NCBI RefSeq assembly: GCF_000181795.1
Contig: NW_003526941.1
Coordinates: 3,807,348-3,871,347, forward strand
Length of the DNA stretch: 64,000 nt
Source: Trichinella spiralis
Lineage: Eukaryota
Direction: 5' to 3'
Position numbers and translations under genes: made by a program. The number at the start of each line of letters is the position of its first letter. The first letter of the stretch is position 1. Shown here one piece after another: positions 15,206 through 28,800 of this stretch. The notes beneath the pieces were generated by a model. The model had not been told where the DNA came from, did not search any database, and worked only from the letters and a program-made list of their open reading frames with translations.

Positions 15206-17599
15206 GTTCGATGATAACACTTTTTAGAAAAAATCCAACGATGCTGATGACTGAATCAATCAAATAAATAAATAAATAAATAAATAAAAGCTCCTTGATA
15301 GCAGCAAATGACCAAATGAATATGCGTATATATATATATATATATATATATGCATGCTAAGCTGTTATGATTTTCGTTCGTTCGTGGTCGGTTCTGTTGT
15401 CAGCTGCTCTTGTTGAACGATGACAACGTGCGTGCTGTTGTTGATGAATAGCCGGCACCTCCGAAGTGCAAAGTTTGACTAAGCTTACGCGTGCCAGCGG
15501 TGTTCAAGCAGGCTGATCAAGCGAACAATCCGCCATAGTTTTGTCCCCTTTGAGCAGTTTGAATATATATATATTTCTTCACCATGCATAAGCATGAGAA
15601 GACAACAACAACAACAACAACATATAACTCTCTCAAGTCAATCTTATATCTATATAAATAATAATAATAATAATAAGATTGTCCATTTATTCAAATTGCA
15701 CCACTTTTCTCCGTTCCAAGAACGCCTGATCCATGCTAGGCATCAAGCAAATTGCATCCATTCAAAATAGCCGACAAATTCAACAATCACACGCATACGT
15801 AGAAAAGCACACACGCACGCACACTTTAATTCTGAAACAGCAGCCAGGTCGGCTGCTTTCTCGACGTTCAATTTCGAACCACCGTCATTAGCATGAAAAC
15901 AGCAATAATCAGTTCTTCAGTATTTGACAATTTATCAATCCAGATGAAAAAGTAGTATACCACACACCAACCACGTGGATATCAATTATAAAACTCTGCA
16001 CTATAATAATAATAATTGATAATCACGGCAAGACAAACAACACTGGATTATTATTACTGATCACTGCCGGCAAAAGTTGCCACATCATGTAGATTTAATT
16101 GTTAAAAATTGCTGCAACGTTTTACAGAAGAAGAAAAGACGTAAGCGTAAAGCAAAACAAACCAAATCAAAAAAAATTTGTAAAAATGAAATCAATCGAT
16201 CACCACCACCACCACCACTAGCGATCAATTGAAATCAAATTTGAATTAAAAAAATAGAAACATTATTAAATTTTACAAACTAACAAGTTTTACAAATTTT
16301 TTTCCTATAAAAATCCATTCAACAAACAAGCTCAACCAATGTCAAATCAAGCAACCACCAAGCAGCACCACGGATGATAAATTATCAACGTCTGATCATA
16401 TCAAACGTGAATTCTTTCTTGTTTATTATTATTCTTATTCTTATTATTATTATAATATACATATCCATCCAGTGCAATTGAAACATTGCTCTTCTCACTA
16501 TCGAAATCTCTTTCTCTTTCTTCTTCTTCTTCTTCTTCACACGAATTATTCTTTCAACTGAAATTCTGTTGTCCAATTTTTGACTGTTGATTAATTGTAT
16601 AATTTTATGCAAAAATCCAAAACCAAAAAGAAAAAAATAGAAGTTTCCTTTTTTTTCTTCAAATGCAACATTTCCATTTTTTTCCATATCGACGCTCGTT
16701 CAATATGTTCTTCTAACATTTTCAAACGAAATTCTCAACATCGGAAGAAAAATTGAACTGAAAGTGAAAATTTGCATACGTTTCGACAACTTTTTGTCAT
16801 TTCATTTTCTTTCCAATTCCATCCATTCAAATATACTCGAGATCAGTCGATGATACACAAACAAGAAAAGAAAAGAAAAAACAATTTTCTACTGTAAATT
16901 GATCGAAGTAATTAATCTATGCAAGAAAAGAAAACGCACCAACACACACAAACATGTAAAAAGTTGTGTGAAGAAAAAGAAAAATTAATTAAAGTGATCA
17001 ACAATCCGATCTAATCGACAACTGATAACTGGGGATAATGCAAATCTGGGGTCATTTTTTTTCATTTGATAAAAAAGCAAACGCTTCAGAGTGGAACAAG
17101 GAAAACACAACGCGCAAGAGAACAAACATTATCTATCTATCGATCCAATTTTTCCAGCCTCTAATGGTCCTTCATTGTCGTTTGTCAGTTACTGAGTCAG
17201 TGAGTGAGTGAATTTTCATTTCAAAGTTGAACCTCGACCAGAATAATCAAATTTCATGATAATTTACCGAAATAAGAAACGAAGACCAAGATTACAAAAA
17301 TCAAGAAGAAGAAGAAGAAGAAGAAAAAAAATCCTCATATTGTCATCAACAGTAACAAACAAACAATAAATAATATGCCTAAACAAGACAACAAGCAAAC
17401 AGAAGTAAACAACAACAACAACAACAACAATGATGATGATAAAGAGAAAAAAACAAAAACAGACAACTAAACTGGCTTGCTTGCTTACCTTGGCTTCAAA
17501 ATGAATTCCATGTTGAAAAGCGATTTCACTGTACAAAGGGATGCAGGCATCGTACGGGTCTTCGGAGATCGAATCGTACTGGCCATGCTTGTTTGGCAT
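2844..17599 (-). CDS. dyc-1: PTB-domain adaptor, CAPON/NOS1AP (nematode DYC-1) homolog; about 10 exons
   Basis: Phase-consistent GT-AG exons: 17599-17489 (MPNKHGQYD...[10 protein letters not shown]), 13286-13215 ([24 protein letters not shown]), 13091-12999 ([24 protein letters not shown]), 12887-12829, 12590-12482 ([21 protein letters not shown]), 6457-6283 ([19 protein letters not shown]), 6211-6003, 5865-5137, 5030-4532 (coiled coil [25 protein letters not shown]) and 3943-2844. The motifs match the NOS1AP PTB domain and coiled coil. The 3' end is uncertain because of a possible donor at ~2847. Confidence 0.92.
4653..4697 (-). repeat. CAG/CAA/CAT trinucleotide tract encoding polyQ-polyH in dyc-1
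   Basis: Translates as [17 protein letters not shown] in the 4532-5030 exon. Confidence 0.9.
5939..5994. repeat. (AT)n microsatellite in a dyc-1 intron
   Basis: Uninterrupted atatat run of about 55 bp. Confidence 0.95.
10285..10452 (-). CDS. dyc-1: Putative alternative first coding exon of dyc-1 (short isoform lacking most of the PTB domain)
   Basis: GC-richer island in a long AT-rich intron. ATG at 10452, 56 codons ([12 protein letters not shown]...DDDHELE), then a GAG|GTATGC donor in phase 0, compatible with the phase-0 acceptor at 6457. Confidence 0.55.
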
Positions 17600-19939
17600 T
17601 TTAGCGCATACTGCGCGTCCGCGTGCGGCGTCGGGCGGGGTAGCTCAGGAAATGAAATACAGGCGACCGACTGACCCACTGACTAAGTGATGACCAAAAA
17701 ATGACAAGCAACAAAAATCACTACACTTAGTCGATTAAAAATTAGACGTATTTTTGGAATTAAAATTTGCCAAAACCGATGGCTAACTGGTAATAGAAGA
17801 AAAAGTCAAATTTGGCCAATTGAAGTAATTATGCAGTAGTAGTAGTACTGTCTTTTGTTGTCGTTGTGGAATAATAAAATCGAATCTAATCAAATTGTAC
17901 TGCTAATTGAGAACAGTGTTCCAGCAATAATATGGAGGCTTGTCGAGAGAGGTTCGTCGATTCGAACCGAAGGCATGAACCTTCTTCCAGCCCGGTCATG
18001 CCTAGCTGACAGCATCAATGCCGGCGCTGGCAACTTTTCGGGATCATTTTCCACTAAATACTAAAACACTAAACACACCGACTCTATCAATGGAGAGAAC
18101 AAGGCCAAACCAAAAATAAAAGAGATGATCAGGGCTGATTTAAGCAAGGCTAACAAGCCTTGACGAGCTTTTGACGACAGATAGCGCTGTTGGCCAACAG
18201 CCAGCCAGCCAGCCAGCCAGCCCAGCCCAGCCCGATGCTCTGTGCCTCTCTGCAAGCGTCGCCACAGCTGCTTGCGTAAAGTTCGTTCGGATTTGGCCCC
18301 CCCTCCCCCTGTTTCCAACGTTTCGTTCAGTTACTTGCCTGCCTGCTATGCCTTCCTGCTTGCTAGCTTGCTCGCTTTACTCGCTTGCCTGCCTCTTGAA
18401 CAAGTCGCTTAATCGAGCCGCGCGTCAGAGCAGCGAGCGGTTGGTTGTGTGGATGCTAAAGTGAAACGTGTAGAAGAAGCAACACATTCTCTATTCTCGT
18501 TCTTTTCTGCTCTTCTTATATTCACTATTTCTTTTTCTTTCTTTCCTTCTTTCTTTCTCTCACTGACTCTCTCTCTCTCTGTTTCCTTCTCACTCATTCA
18601 TTCATTCACTCGCTCTTTCTCTCCCTGCTTCTCTGCCAACTCTTGTTCTCTTTCTTCGCCTGTTTCACAAATTTCTCCCTTTCTTCACTCATTTCTCTCG
18701 CATATTCTTTCTTTCTCTCTTCCACATCATCCACTCACTCCACTTCTTTTTTAACTTCTTCATGGACAAAACCATGCTCACCTTCGGTTAGCATATTAAT
18801 CTTTTCTCCATTTCCATCACATCTTTTCATATTCTGTTCCCTTCCACTGCCACCAATCACTGTTGTTCTACAGTCATCTTTTCTTTTTTTTGTAATGCTT
18901 TAAGAAAACGTCAACCATGTAGCCGTTCAATTTATCTTCATCCAATCCATCGTCATTTTCATCATCACTAAACATATTCACCAATTAGAATAACGTTAAG
19001 AAAAAACATAATCAAATATGCAAGCAGGCAAGCAAAAAAAATTAAAAATAATAACCACTGTGATTCAGTATCTATATATATATATATACATATAAATAGA
19101 CGGCGGAAGTTATAAACAGCTGTCTTACTAAACATAGCAAGAAATCAACTATTAATTGTGTTCATCTTTTAAGAAAATTCACCTCTCATATTCATTTATT
19201 ACATACACCACAATTATTAACAAAACAAATTGTAAACGCTTCCACTTCACTTTTTGTTACACATCTGTCTGCGTGCATCTCTCAATATTGAAAAAAAACA
19301 AAATGCTGGCGTCATTTTAAACGTTCAATTAAATTATCATTCACAAATTTAAATATAAAAACAAAAAAAAACAATAACCATTCATCTCGATTTATCCATC
19401 CAATAATTTAACTAAATATACACACAACGTGGAATTGAACCACAATGGGCCATTTCATTCGCTTTTCTCTATTGTTGGATAAAATGAACTTTTACAAAAA
19501 AAATTACATTTCAACAATTTTAAAATTACAACAACAATACTTAAAAATAATTTGTTCATAATAATGCTTTGAATTAATTCAACGCTTACTACAATAATAC
19601 AGTAGATAAAGATTTTCAAGTAAACATGATCGATGAAATGAAATGCGGAGAGAGAGATTGAAAATGCCAATTGTGTGAACAATAAATAAGCTGTACACTG
19701 ACCCAAGTAATACAATATTGTGGAAAAGTTTTCCTAGACAATAATTGCGAACTTGTTACAGAAGCTCGGTCATGCGAAGGCAGAGTAAAACTCTCTTCTT
19801 GTCGTCCTTGTTGGCTGGCCATTCAACTGGGCGTGACGACCAAAAGCAAAATCATCCATGGTCACTGATCATTAATATTTTACCTGCCGCTCTGCTCGTC
19901 TACACTTCTGCTGCTGCTTATCCAACAACAAGTTTTACC

Positions 19940-22070
19940 ATGCGCTCATCAGGGGTGGTGTTGGTTTTGCTTTTCATCCACTTCAACATCAGCGATAGCC
20001 AAATTGAAGCGCACAGTCTCAATTTGGCCTGCAATCCTGTATCGAATGAAATATGCTCGATAATCGACCATTCCTACTGTGACGCTTATGCTGGCAAATG
20101 TCGATGTCTGCCGAACTTTTTCCAAATGGACAACCAATGTTATCCCGGTAAATAACTTTCACTCCATCCATCCAATTGGCCAACAATATTCATTCATAAT
20201 AATATATTATTAATATTTCAACTACTAATTGGCTTTTGTTTTCACTTTCCAGAGTTGAATTCACCGTGTACAACACCAGGAAAGCCGTGTCAAGGTTTAG
20301 CTGGTAGTATATGCGAATTGAAATCATCCAGATGCGCATGCGCCCAAGGCTACCGACAAGTTGGTCTGAAGAGATGCTTGAAATTCAGCTCCTCCAGCAG
20401 TCGACTGTTGATAAATCATACGGGACATCTGCTTGTGGAAAATTATCACCGACGACAAACTGACAATTTGGCCAAACATCCGACCCTCGGCAATGCGTGG
20501 GATTCGAATACCGTCAAGGCGATGTTCAACCGCTGGCTGCAACGTAATGCCAAACGGGCCAGAGAGCAATCGAGTAAGAATTATTTAGAAAACGAAAACA
20601 ATGATAGAATTGAAAAACTTATAAATTCATCATTTGAAAACAACAATAAATTGTCCAATTTTTCTTCCAATTCTTAAAAATGGAAACTCAATTGATTATT
20701 TATGATAATACGAAAATATTTCAAAATTGATATGAAATTTGCCTTAAAGAACTTGGATCAAATTGCTCTGCGGATAATCCATGCTATGTGAAGCACAGTC
20801 ATTGTAATGAACGTTCGGTTTGTGAATGCGATTATGGCTACAAGAAGGAAGGAGAAAAATGTGTTCCAGGTTGAAACCGAAATTCTAATTTGAAAATTTT
20901 ACAAAGAAAATATACAATTGGAACACTTTCAGGATTAGGAAATACCTGCTTTCTACGCGGTAAAGCATGCTATAATGTTGTTCATTCTGTATGCAACGAA
21001 AAAAGGATATGCGTCTGCAGAGCCGGTTATGTGATGAAGAATGATACTTGTACCACAGAACTGAGTGAAATGACAATACCTGCTGTAGATTCTGTTGGAC
21101 AGTCAGGTGACGTTTACTCACTTGGCTTCTTTCCAAGCACGTCGGTGACACCAGTAAATCTAGTACTTTGCAAAAACACTTGTCCAATTGAAAATGCGAT
21201 GTGTTTGAAAGGATTTTGTCAGTGCATGCCAGGCTATGTAGCTTCGCAAGATAAATGCGTTTCACGTATGAAAATTCATCACCATAATACATAACGATCA
21301 TTTCAAAATTCTTTCTTCTTCTTCTTCTTTTTAAGTATTAAAATTCAGTTCAAAATGCAGAAACGACGCTCACTGCCAAGATCCGAATGGACAATGTGTG
21401 AACAGTTATTGTGCATGCAAACCTGGTTTCATTCTGATCATCGATCGATGCCTTCCGAGTAAGTGTTACAAATTAATTATTACCATTACGAATTTCATAT
21501 TTAAACAGACGAAAAAAATAGCAATCCGTTTTAAAACTTGAAGAATGCAAAAGAAGAAAACTCAGCACACTTTTAAACGAAGTCAATTTAACACTGATTA
21601 TCACATACTGTAATGGAAATTATTCTAATCTAAAACTTTTCCCACCTAGCAATTGAAAATGAATTCCGTAAATATTACTGTATGTGAATGAAAATGAAAA
21701 ATTTTCTTTTCAATATAAAAAGTAGACTTTAACATAAATTTGCATATATAAATGTATAAGTTCTGCTCTACAAAGCAAGTTTTTAAGATAATTTCCTATT
21801 CCTATCAATCTGAAATTGAACAAAACCAAAAACTGAAAACATTCCCAATCTCTGATGCACATGTTTGAATGAATGATTTCAAAATTAACTTACCTTATTT
21901 AAGCCGCTGGCAAAAGATGTTCATTAACGCTTCCGTGCGGTGTGCCTTACAGCTATTGTGGTGTAGATCACTTTTGTCACTGTTATGATGGCTATGTGCA
22001 GAAGAAAGACGAATGCGTGGAACCAGAAATGGAAAACGAATCGGTGCAAAGATTCCTCATCGCAGTTTAA
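19940..22070 (+). CDS. Secreted cysteine-rich EB-module (EGF-like) protein, about 7 modules in ~6 exons
   Basis: Signal-like N-terminus MRSSGVVLVLLFIHF. Repeated C-x-C..S.C....C.C..G[YF]......C units in exons ~19940-20147, 20253-20572, ~20750-20869, ~20933-21265, ~21335-21458 and 21904-22070 (ends ...QRFLIAV*). Confidence 0.8.
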
Positions 22071-22734
22071 CACTGTCACAATTAACATTCACACCATTTT
22101 GTGAACGCTACTTTATATCGCTAATCTCACCGCATACAATTGAAAGTTGATCTTGACAGACGGTTTCCAACTTCCATATTTGCATCTGAAATATATACAA
22201 AATTACTGTACTTTGTTTCATTAATAAAAATTAATTCAATTACTTATAAATGAACAGTTTAACTGGATTTATAAAACGTTTTACTTAAACTTAAAATTAT
22301 TTAATTACTTTTCAGCGAGTATCCAAAACAAAGGAAAAACTTTTCATAAAACAAAACAAACGTTCTAACTGTAATTACAGTATACCAAAATGAATTAATG
22401 TGTAAAAGTGATATATTATCATTGAACAGATAAAAAATATTCATTAAAAAAACAAATACTGCTTATATTTTAACTTTTAGTTTGCATTTTTTACATTCAA
22501 TCATTTGTTTGAATGTTAATGCGCATGTAATCACTATTTTCACGCTGTTTATGTAAATTTTGTGCCGTTTGAAATGAATTGCTTGCAAAACAAACTTGAC
22601 ATATTCAAGTATTGTTCAAAAATAGACTGTGCTTCGGGTAAACAAATTCAAATTTCACATTGCGATAAATGATTCATTTAATGGATAAGTGTAATGAGAA
22701 AAAAAAACTTGTTCAACATAACAGTAAATGAAAT

Positions 22735-24728
22735 CTAAAAACGATTATATCCAAGTCGGTTTCCCCATGTTGAGGCCAAACAGTCATCGAAGCTTGCATA
22801 TTCTGATGGAAGAGTAGATGAATCGTAAAAATGTTCTGGATGTGTAAAATGGCTTCCTTCATTCAAAATGCAATTGAATTCCAAATCCTGAAAACAGTTT
22901 ACAATTTTAAAAATGGTTTTTTTCTCAATAAACAACAATAATTAATAACAAAAGAATAGATATTATTAATAACAAGAAACGTGGATTTGTCAATATTTAC
23001 CAATGGAATGTACATAGCTGACAGGCAAGTAAAGTCAGCAATCTCTTTGGATATCAAACAGCGTTCTAGGCAATTTTCAAAACTGCTTGCCTGCTCTGGA
23101 ACTTGTCGAAGATGTGGATCCAAAACGAGAATTTTGTTCGACGCTCGATCTATTGCTGCTCCTTCACGACAATAAGAAGCAGCACGATCTTAAAATTACA
23201 ACATTAAAATATGAACAATGTAGAACAATCAATTTGACAATTCTATAATAAAAATACCTTGAATACAAATACTACGAAAATGAATGACACTAGAATTGCG
23301 ATGCATGACGTGATTTTGAGAATGTCGAACCACATCTATACCAGGACCTAAGTTCAATCGACACAATTTCGCTTCGGGTACAAAATCAGCCGAATAACAA
23401 AATATCAAGGAATCGTCAATTGCCTAAATGTATTATTCTTTTCATTTTCAAGCTATAAACTAAGCAAATGGCCAAGCAACAATTACACGGAAATTTTGAC
23501 AATGAGTTAAACATTCTTCTTCGCTACTACAAGACTGGGAGATGTAGTGGCTAGCTTTGGATTGGGTAGCGTCGAAACGTTCAAAAATTACACGTGTAGT
23601 ATTCGGGCATCGTCCTGTTGAAACGACAACAGTAAAATTTTAATATATACATGTTTAATATTTACTGAAATAAAATTACCATCAATAGAGGGTAGAACAG
23701 AAGCATCTTGGAACAGTTTTTGAGACAAACGTAAAAGTGGCATTTGGTCATCTTGTAAATGTAAAATTATAAAATACCACCACATAAGCAATGAAAAATA
23801 ATTAAAATTCACTTACTGACACCACAGTCAGGATCAAGTTCGTAATAATTGTAGCCAATAAATCGAACACGTTTCGCCGTAGATGGTGTCAAGCCGGTCG
23901 GCGTGTACAAATCGCACACGCTGAAATAGCGCATGTAAAGAACGGCTGTACAACGTTCTCCGCTGGCATATTTGGCTTGCAAGCATCGATGCAAGCAGGC
24001 GGCTTCACTGAGAAAAAGCTGACGTTCCACAGCGACAACATTGGTGACAACGCAATTTCGACAACGCAAAAAGCATCGATTCACAACCTCACCAATGCCA
24101 CCGACCCGCAATCGATTCACCTTGACACCATCCGGAAGTACGCCTGACTTCAAACCTGAACAATAATGCCAATTATAAATATTCAGAAATTGTGCAACGC
24201 AACCCACAACCAAACACGCATATTGTACTCAAATTAAAAATTATCCAAAGCTAAAACAACAATCACAAACAACTACAACTATCACTCACTAGTGATTCAT
24301 TAAACAAAAATTTTTTTAACAATTACATACAAGTGGATATATAAAGTCTTTGTTCTAATACGATAGAGAAAATTTTAGATTGGCTATTAAATTGTCATTT
24401 TGTTCAAATGATTCAATTTGAATCTGAACAATTGAATTTATGCATAATAATTTGAAAATTACTTTTGAAAATCATTTACATGACATTGAAAGAAATGCAA
24501 TGAAAAAACTGCACAAAAACTACATAATACAAATAACAGTTCTTCGTATCTTTCGATGTGAAATAAAACAATAGAACGTGATTATTAATAATAAATTTCA
24601 AAGAAAAACATACTTTTTATAGAGACAGATTTTTGAGCGTTGGCAGCGAAAAACAATGCCGTAAAAAATAACAAGATAGCTGCACAATGATAATATCCAG
24701 AGTTGGCAGAACCGCGCCCGAGCGACAT
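22735..24728 (-). CDS. Secreted PAN/apple-domain protein (~3 PAN modules)
   Basis: Exon 1, 24728-24614, encodes a signal peptide ([31 protein letters not shown]) and joins in phase 1 to ~24156-23815 ([10 protein letters not shown]...CTAVLY...CDLY). Later exons contain EEECLTHCQ and FENCLERCL...FTCLSAMY...NCILN, which is typical PAN cysteine spacing. Stop at 22735. Confidence 0.8.
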
Positions 24729-25808
24729 GACTGTAAGAATGATAATATTCAAATGTGGAGGACGCTTGTAGAAATAGCTTTACGTTTCAAATGGAGCAAA
24801 ACGAAAGTGTCGTCAGTGTAACGCTTGGCCTGAGTTGACCAAGCCGCTAACAGGCACCGAGAGGTTGGGTCGATTTCGTCCAATATTACTTTCCCACTTG
24901 GCACTGCTTACAAAAGCACGGCGCCAACGACAACCAATATCTTCCGTGCCAATTGGACAGATCAAAAGCAAAACTAATTGCATGACACAATGTTAAGTTT
25001 CAAAAAAACAAACAAACAAACTGAACCACAAACAACACAATATATTTAAAATACAAACCATGCTTTTTTCCACACTGTTCATGAAGCATCGGGTTTAATG
25101 AAATTTAAATATAAAGCAGTCAGAAAAAAAACAGGCTATAGGACGCAATTTGATTTTTGGTTTTCCTCTTTTTTATGAATTTCAATAGCAATTAATAATT
25201 CCTTTGTAATATTTTTATTGTAACCTGCGCAGAAATGGAAACAACGGAAAGGACAGTAACCTTTGGAAAATGGCGAATACTGTGGCCAGGTAACACTGAA
25301 TGAACAACCTCAATGTCAGAACTAAACAAATATTCAAAATGAAACACAAACAAACATTTGCATAAAATCATAACAAATCCATTTGCAAATGAGGTAAACT
25401 GTTCAATTTGAGGTAACAATGAACAAAACAAATGACTAAAACAAAGAATACTTACCAAGAGAGGTGGTTACTTTTAAAAGCATAACTCTTCACTTCTACT
25501 CGAAAACGAAGAGTAAAAATAAAGAAAAAAAAACAGACTTTTCAAATGATAAAATCACAACCATAAACATTTACTGCGTACGATTATAAAATTGAAACTG
25601 AAGAACAATTTTTTCAAAATTTGGACCAGACTTGAAGATTATTTAAAACAGAAGGTAATCATAAAATATGAACGAAGAAAAGTGGAAAAGAAATGATCAC
25701 AGATCGAACAAATTGTGATGTTATTACACAGTTGAACAGAATGAAAGATCACTTTACTGCAGTTGGGATGAGGCTTTTGATTGAGACAAAAATCAGATAT
25801 CTGGAACT

Positions 25809-28800
25809 TCAACATATCATTCCAGTTTTCTTCTAAATAAGGCGACAACAAATTATTAAAGAGACAAAACAAAATCTTCATTTTGAATAAAACAATTAAA
25901 AACTTATATGGTCCAAATTTCATCATTTTTCAGGCAATAATTATTACTTTCGAGTTGAAATTTTATGCAAATAAGCAATGAAAAAAAAATATATTCACAT
26001 TTGAAAAGTTTTACTTACCCCAACCAACGTAAATTGGTCCAAAACTGCCGCAAGTTCATCCATATTGTATTGGTTGAGTACGTAGAATGATTTCAAATCC
26101 ATCTCGTGCTTCAAAGCACAATTCAAACAGTACACAATATATTTATCTTCATGTGGCAATACAAAAAGAATATTAAATACTTCAACCTGTTAAAAAACAT
26201 ATGTAATAATTTTGTGAATATCATATGACAAAAATTATTGACAACATTTCAACTTCAAATAATAATAATAGAGTAAGTAACAGGTATTTTTTATACCTCA
26301 CAAACACAGCAATAATGAGAATTTTCTCCTTCGATACGCGGATGATGTTTCAACTCTTTTCTCAGTCGTTCGCAAACATAATCCAAAACCATCTGACAAT
26401 ATGCAATAGATTGGATAAGGGTTTTTCTAAAAATGAATACACAAAAAGGAATATTTACAAAAAAAAATTAAAATTGTTTTTTCAATCTTACCGAACCATT
26501 TCGAATAATGTCTTGTCGCTGAATCGGATATTGCGAGCAAGTTGCCAAGATAGATGAATCAAAGGCACCAACGACTTGTAACTATTCAACTTGTTGAATT
26601 CATACCGCTCAATTGCGAGTTGATACTGCGACGCAGTCAATGGACCAACATTCCAGGCAATATTATTACACCAGCCCTAAAACATTTCGTTAAAATTTCA
26701 TTAAAAAATTTATTGGAAAAGAAAACGCGTATTCATATACAACAGTTATATATTCCACTTACTGTTGAATGTACCCAATGAACAGTTCCCTCTCCTATCC
26801 AAACAACATCGCCAGCTTTTTGCGTGAATCGGTATAATGGTATATTATTTTCATACAAATCCTCCAACGATGGCCACCATGAACCGCGCAGAAAATCACA
26901 TTTATTACTAAATAAATATTTTCGATTATCACGATTCTCTTCAGAAACAAAAAAGCATGCTTGGAAAAAAAATAAATTAATTAATCACTTTTCGCAAATT
27001 GTCTTTACAGCATCCCAGTATTCGTAAGGAACGGCAAACCATTCGCATTCACCAGGACCAATGTTAATATTAACACCAGCAAAATTGTTATTCTCTTGAT
27101 GACCAGGAGTTCTAGCGCCGGGTACCTGAAGAAATGATCAATTCATTGACTGATCAATCATCAATTACAAAACCAAATCTGTATAAAAAAATTAAAAACA
27201 TACTTTCATATAAAGTTGTACAGTGTTCATACCAAGCACAACGTGACCAAGATGTGACAAAAGATTGCAGCTAGAGTAAACGCGACAAAAGGAGGGTAAT
27301 TTGTTCAATTCCTGTCAAATTCAAAATAATTTTCACAAACCATTTTTCAAAATTCAAATTTTATTTGTACTTTGAGTTGAAGATGCCACTTTCGTTCGTC
27401 GGACAAATCTACGTTCGTTCCAAACTTTACTACCTTTTTCAGTGCGACATCTTTTTTCCGTTTCGAAGAATTGCATTCCACATCACCCTCACGTTTCATT
27501 TTCTCTTTATCATCCTAAATTATTCAAATTTCATCTCAAAGCAAATGCATTTTAAACAACAACTACTTTCAGTGCATTTTGGAAAGACTGAAGCTGATAA
27601 GCGGCGTATTTTCCCACTGTAGTATAGGACGGTTGACTTCCACACTGCCAAGTCACATTACCCTGCGAATCGACATTCACGTCGGATGCTTGCAAATATT
27701 GGGTACGCAATTCCACTTGTTGATTAGCAGCTTCGGCTACGATGGTTTTTGTGGAAAAAAGACTCAGGTCCATTTTCAACGCTGACGTCAAGCCGCGAAT
27801 CACAACGATTGGCTGTTGATAGCAGAAGCGTTGCAATTCCAACGATGATGCATCTTTTTTCGTATCAACAACAGTACATGGAGTCGTCAGTAATAACTAA
27901 AATTAGAAAAAAATATACAATACCTAAACAAGAAGCAATAATTTAAACAGTGAAAAAACTAACTGCATAATTTTACTTTCACAGAAATGAAGTTTTCCTT
28001 AATAACAATCATATCAATTATAATTTAATATTTTCCCTTTTGATTCCTCAAACAAAGCTACTTACTGCTGTTAAGTTAGCATTAAAATTTTAAACACTAA
28101 TATAAAACTTTAATTTCAAAAACAATAATAACGCATACCTTATCTTTAGGCAAGTTTCTATTGCACGTCGGTGGTTGAGGAGGCAACACATTCTCCTCAT
28201 ATACTGATTTGCATCTGCCCAAGTTGCGCTGCTTACATATCTGGAATATTTCATTACTAGAAATGCTACAGGGGACGTTTAAAGGGGCGGTGAGACTCAA
28301 ACACGACGGAGGAGGTTCAGCAAGAAAGGCTGGTCTATCAGAATTCACAGAGTCCTAAAAAAAAGAAAATCACACTGACACTATAAAAATGGAATAAATA
28401 AAACTTGAAAATTACCTGAATTGTAACAGGAGTAGAAAAGAGCACATTTGTCGGTATAATAGGGTCATTTTTGTCTATACGAGCTTTATTTCTATTATCT
28501 GGCTCAAGGCAACTGTTTGTCAAGTCTTCTTGATCAGTAAAACCGAGAAAAGCTTGCAAATCTTCTTGGGTAACTTGTGGCAAGTCACTTAAAGGAGATG
28601 TGCGCATGCCAATTTCAGTGCTTGTAATTGGATCCACGTTCACAGTCTCCTGAGATCTCGATACATTGTCCTTAAGAAAGGATGTTAAAATATATTTGGG
28701 CAAAATTCTCTTTAAACCTCCTCATCTCGTTGTTGTTCCCTTTGCTGCTGAAAATGTTGAGTAAGCGCGTGTGTTTCTTGCAGCTGGCGAAGAGTCAACA

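Noticed and set aside
10662..18903. Leu/Ser/Phe-rich ORFs (10662..11123, 18449..18754 and similar) and 18061..18318
   Set aside because: They are translations of CT-rich low-complexity tracts and microsatellites in dyc-1 intron or promoter regions.
24780..24990. GC-richer patch with short open frames upstream of the PAN gene
   Set aside because: No start, splice or homology support for coding. It is more likely promoter or outron sequence.
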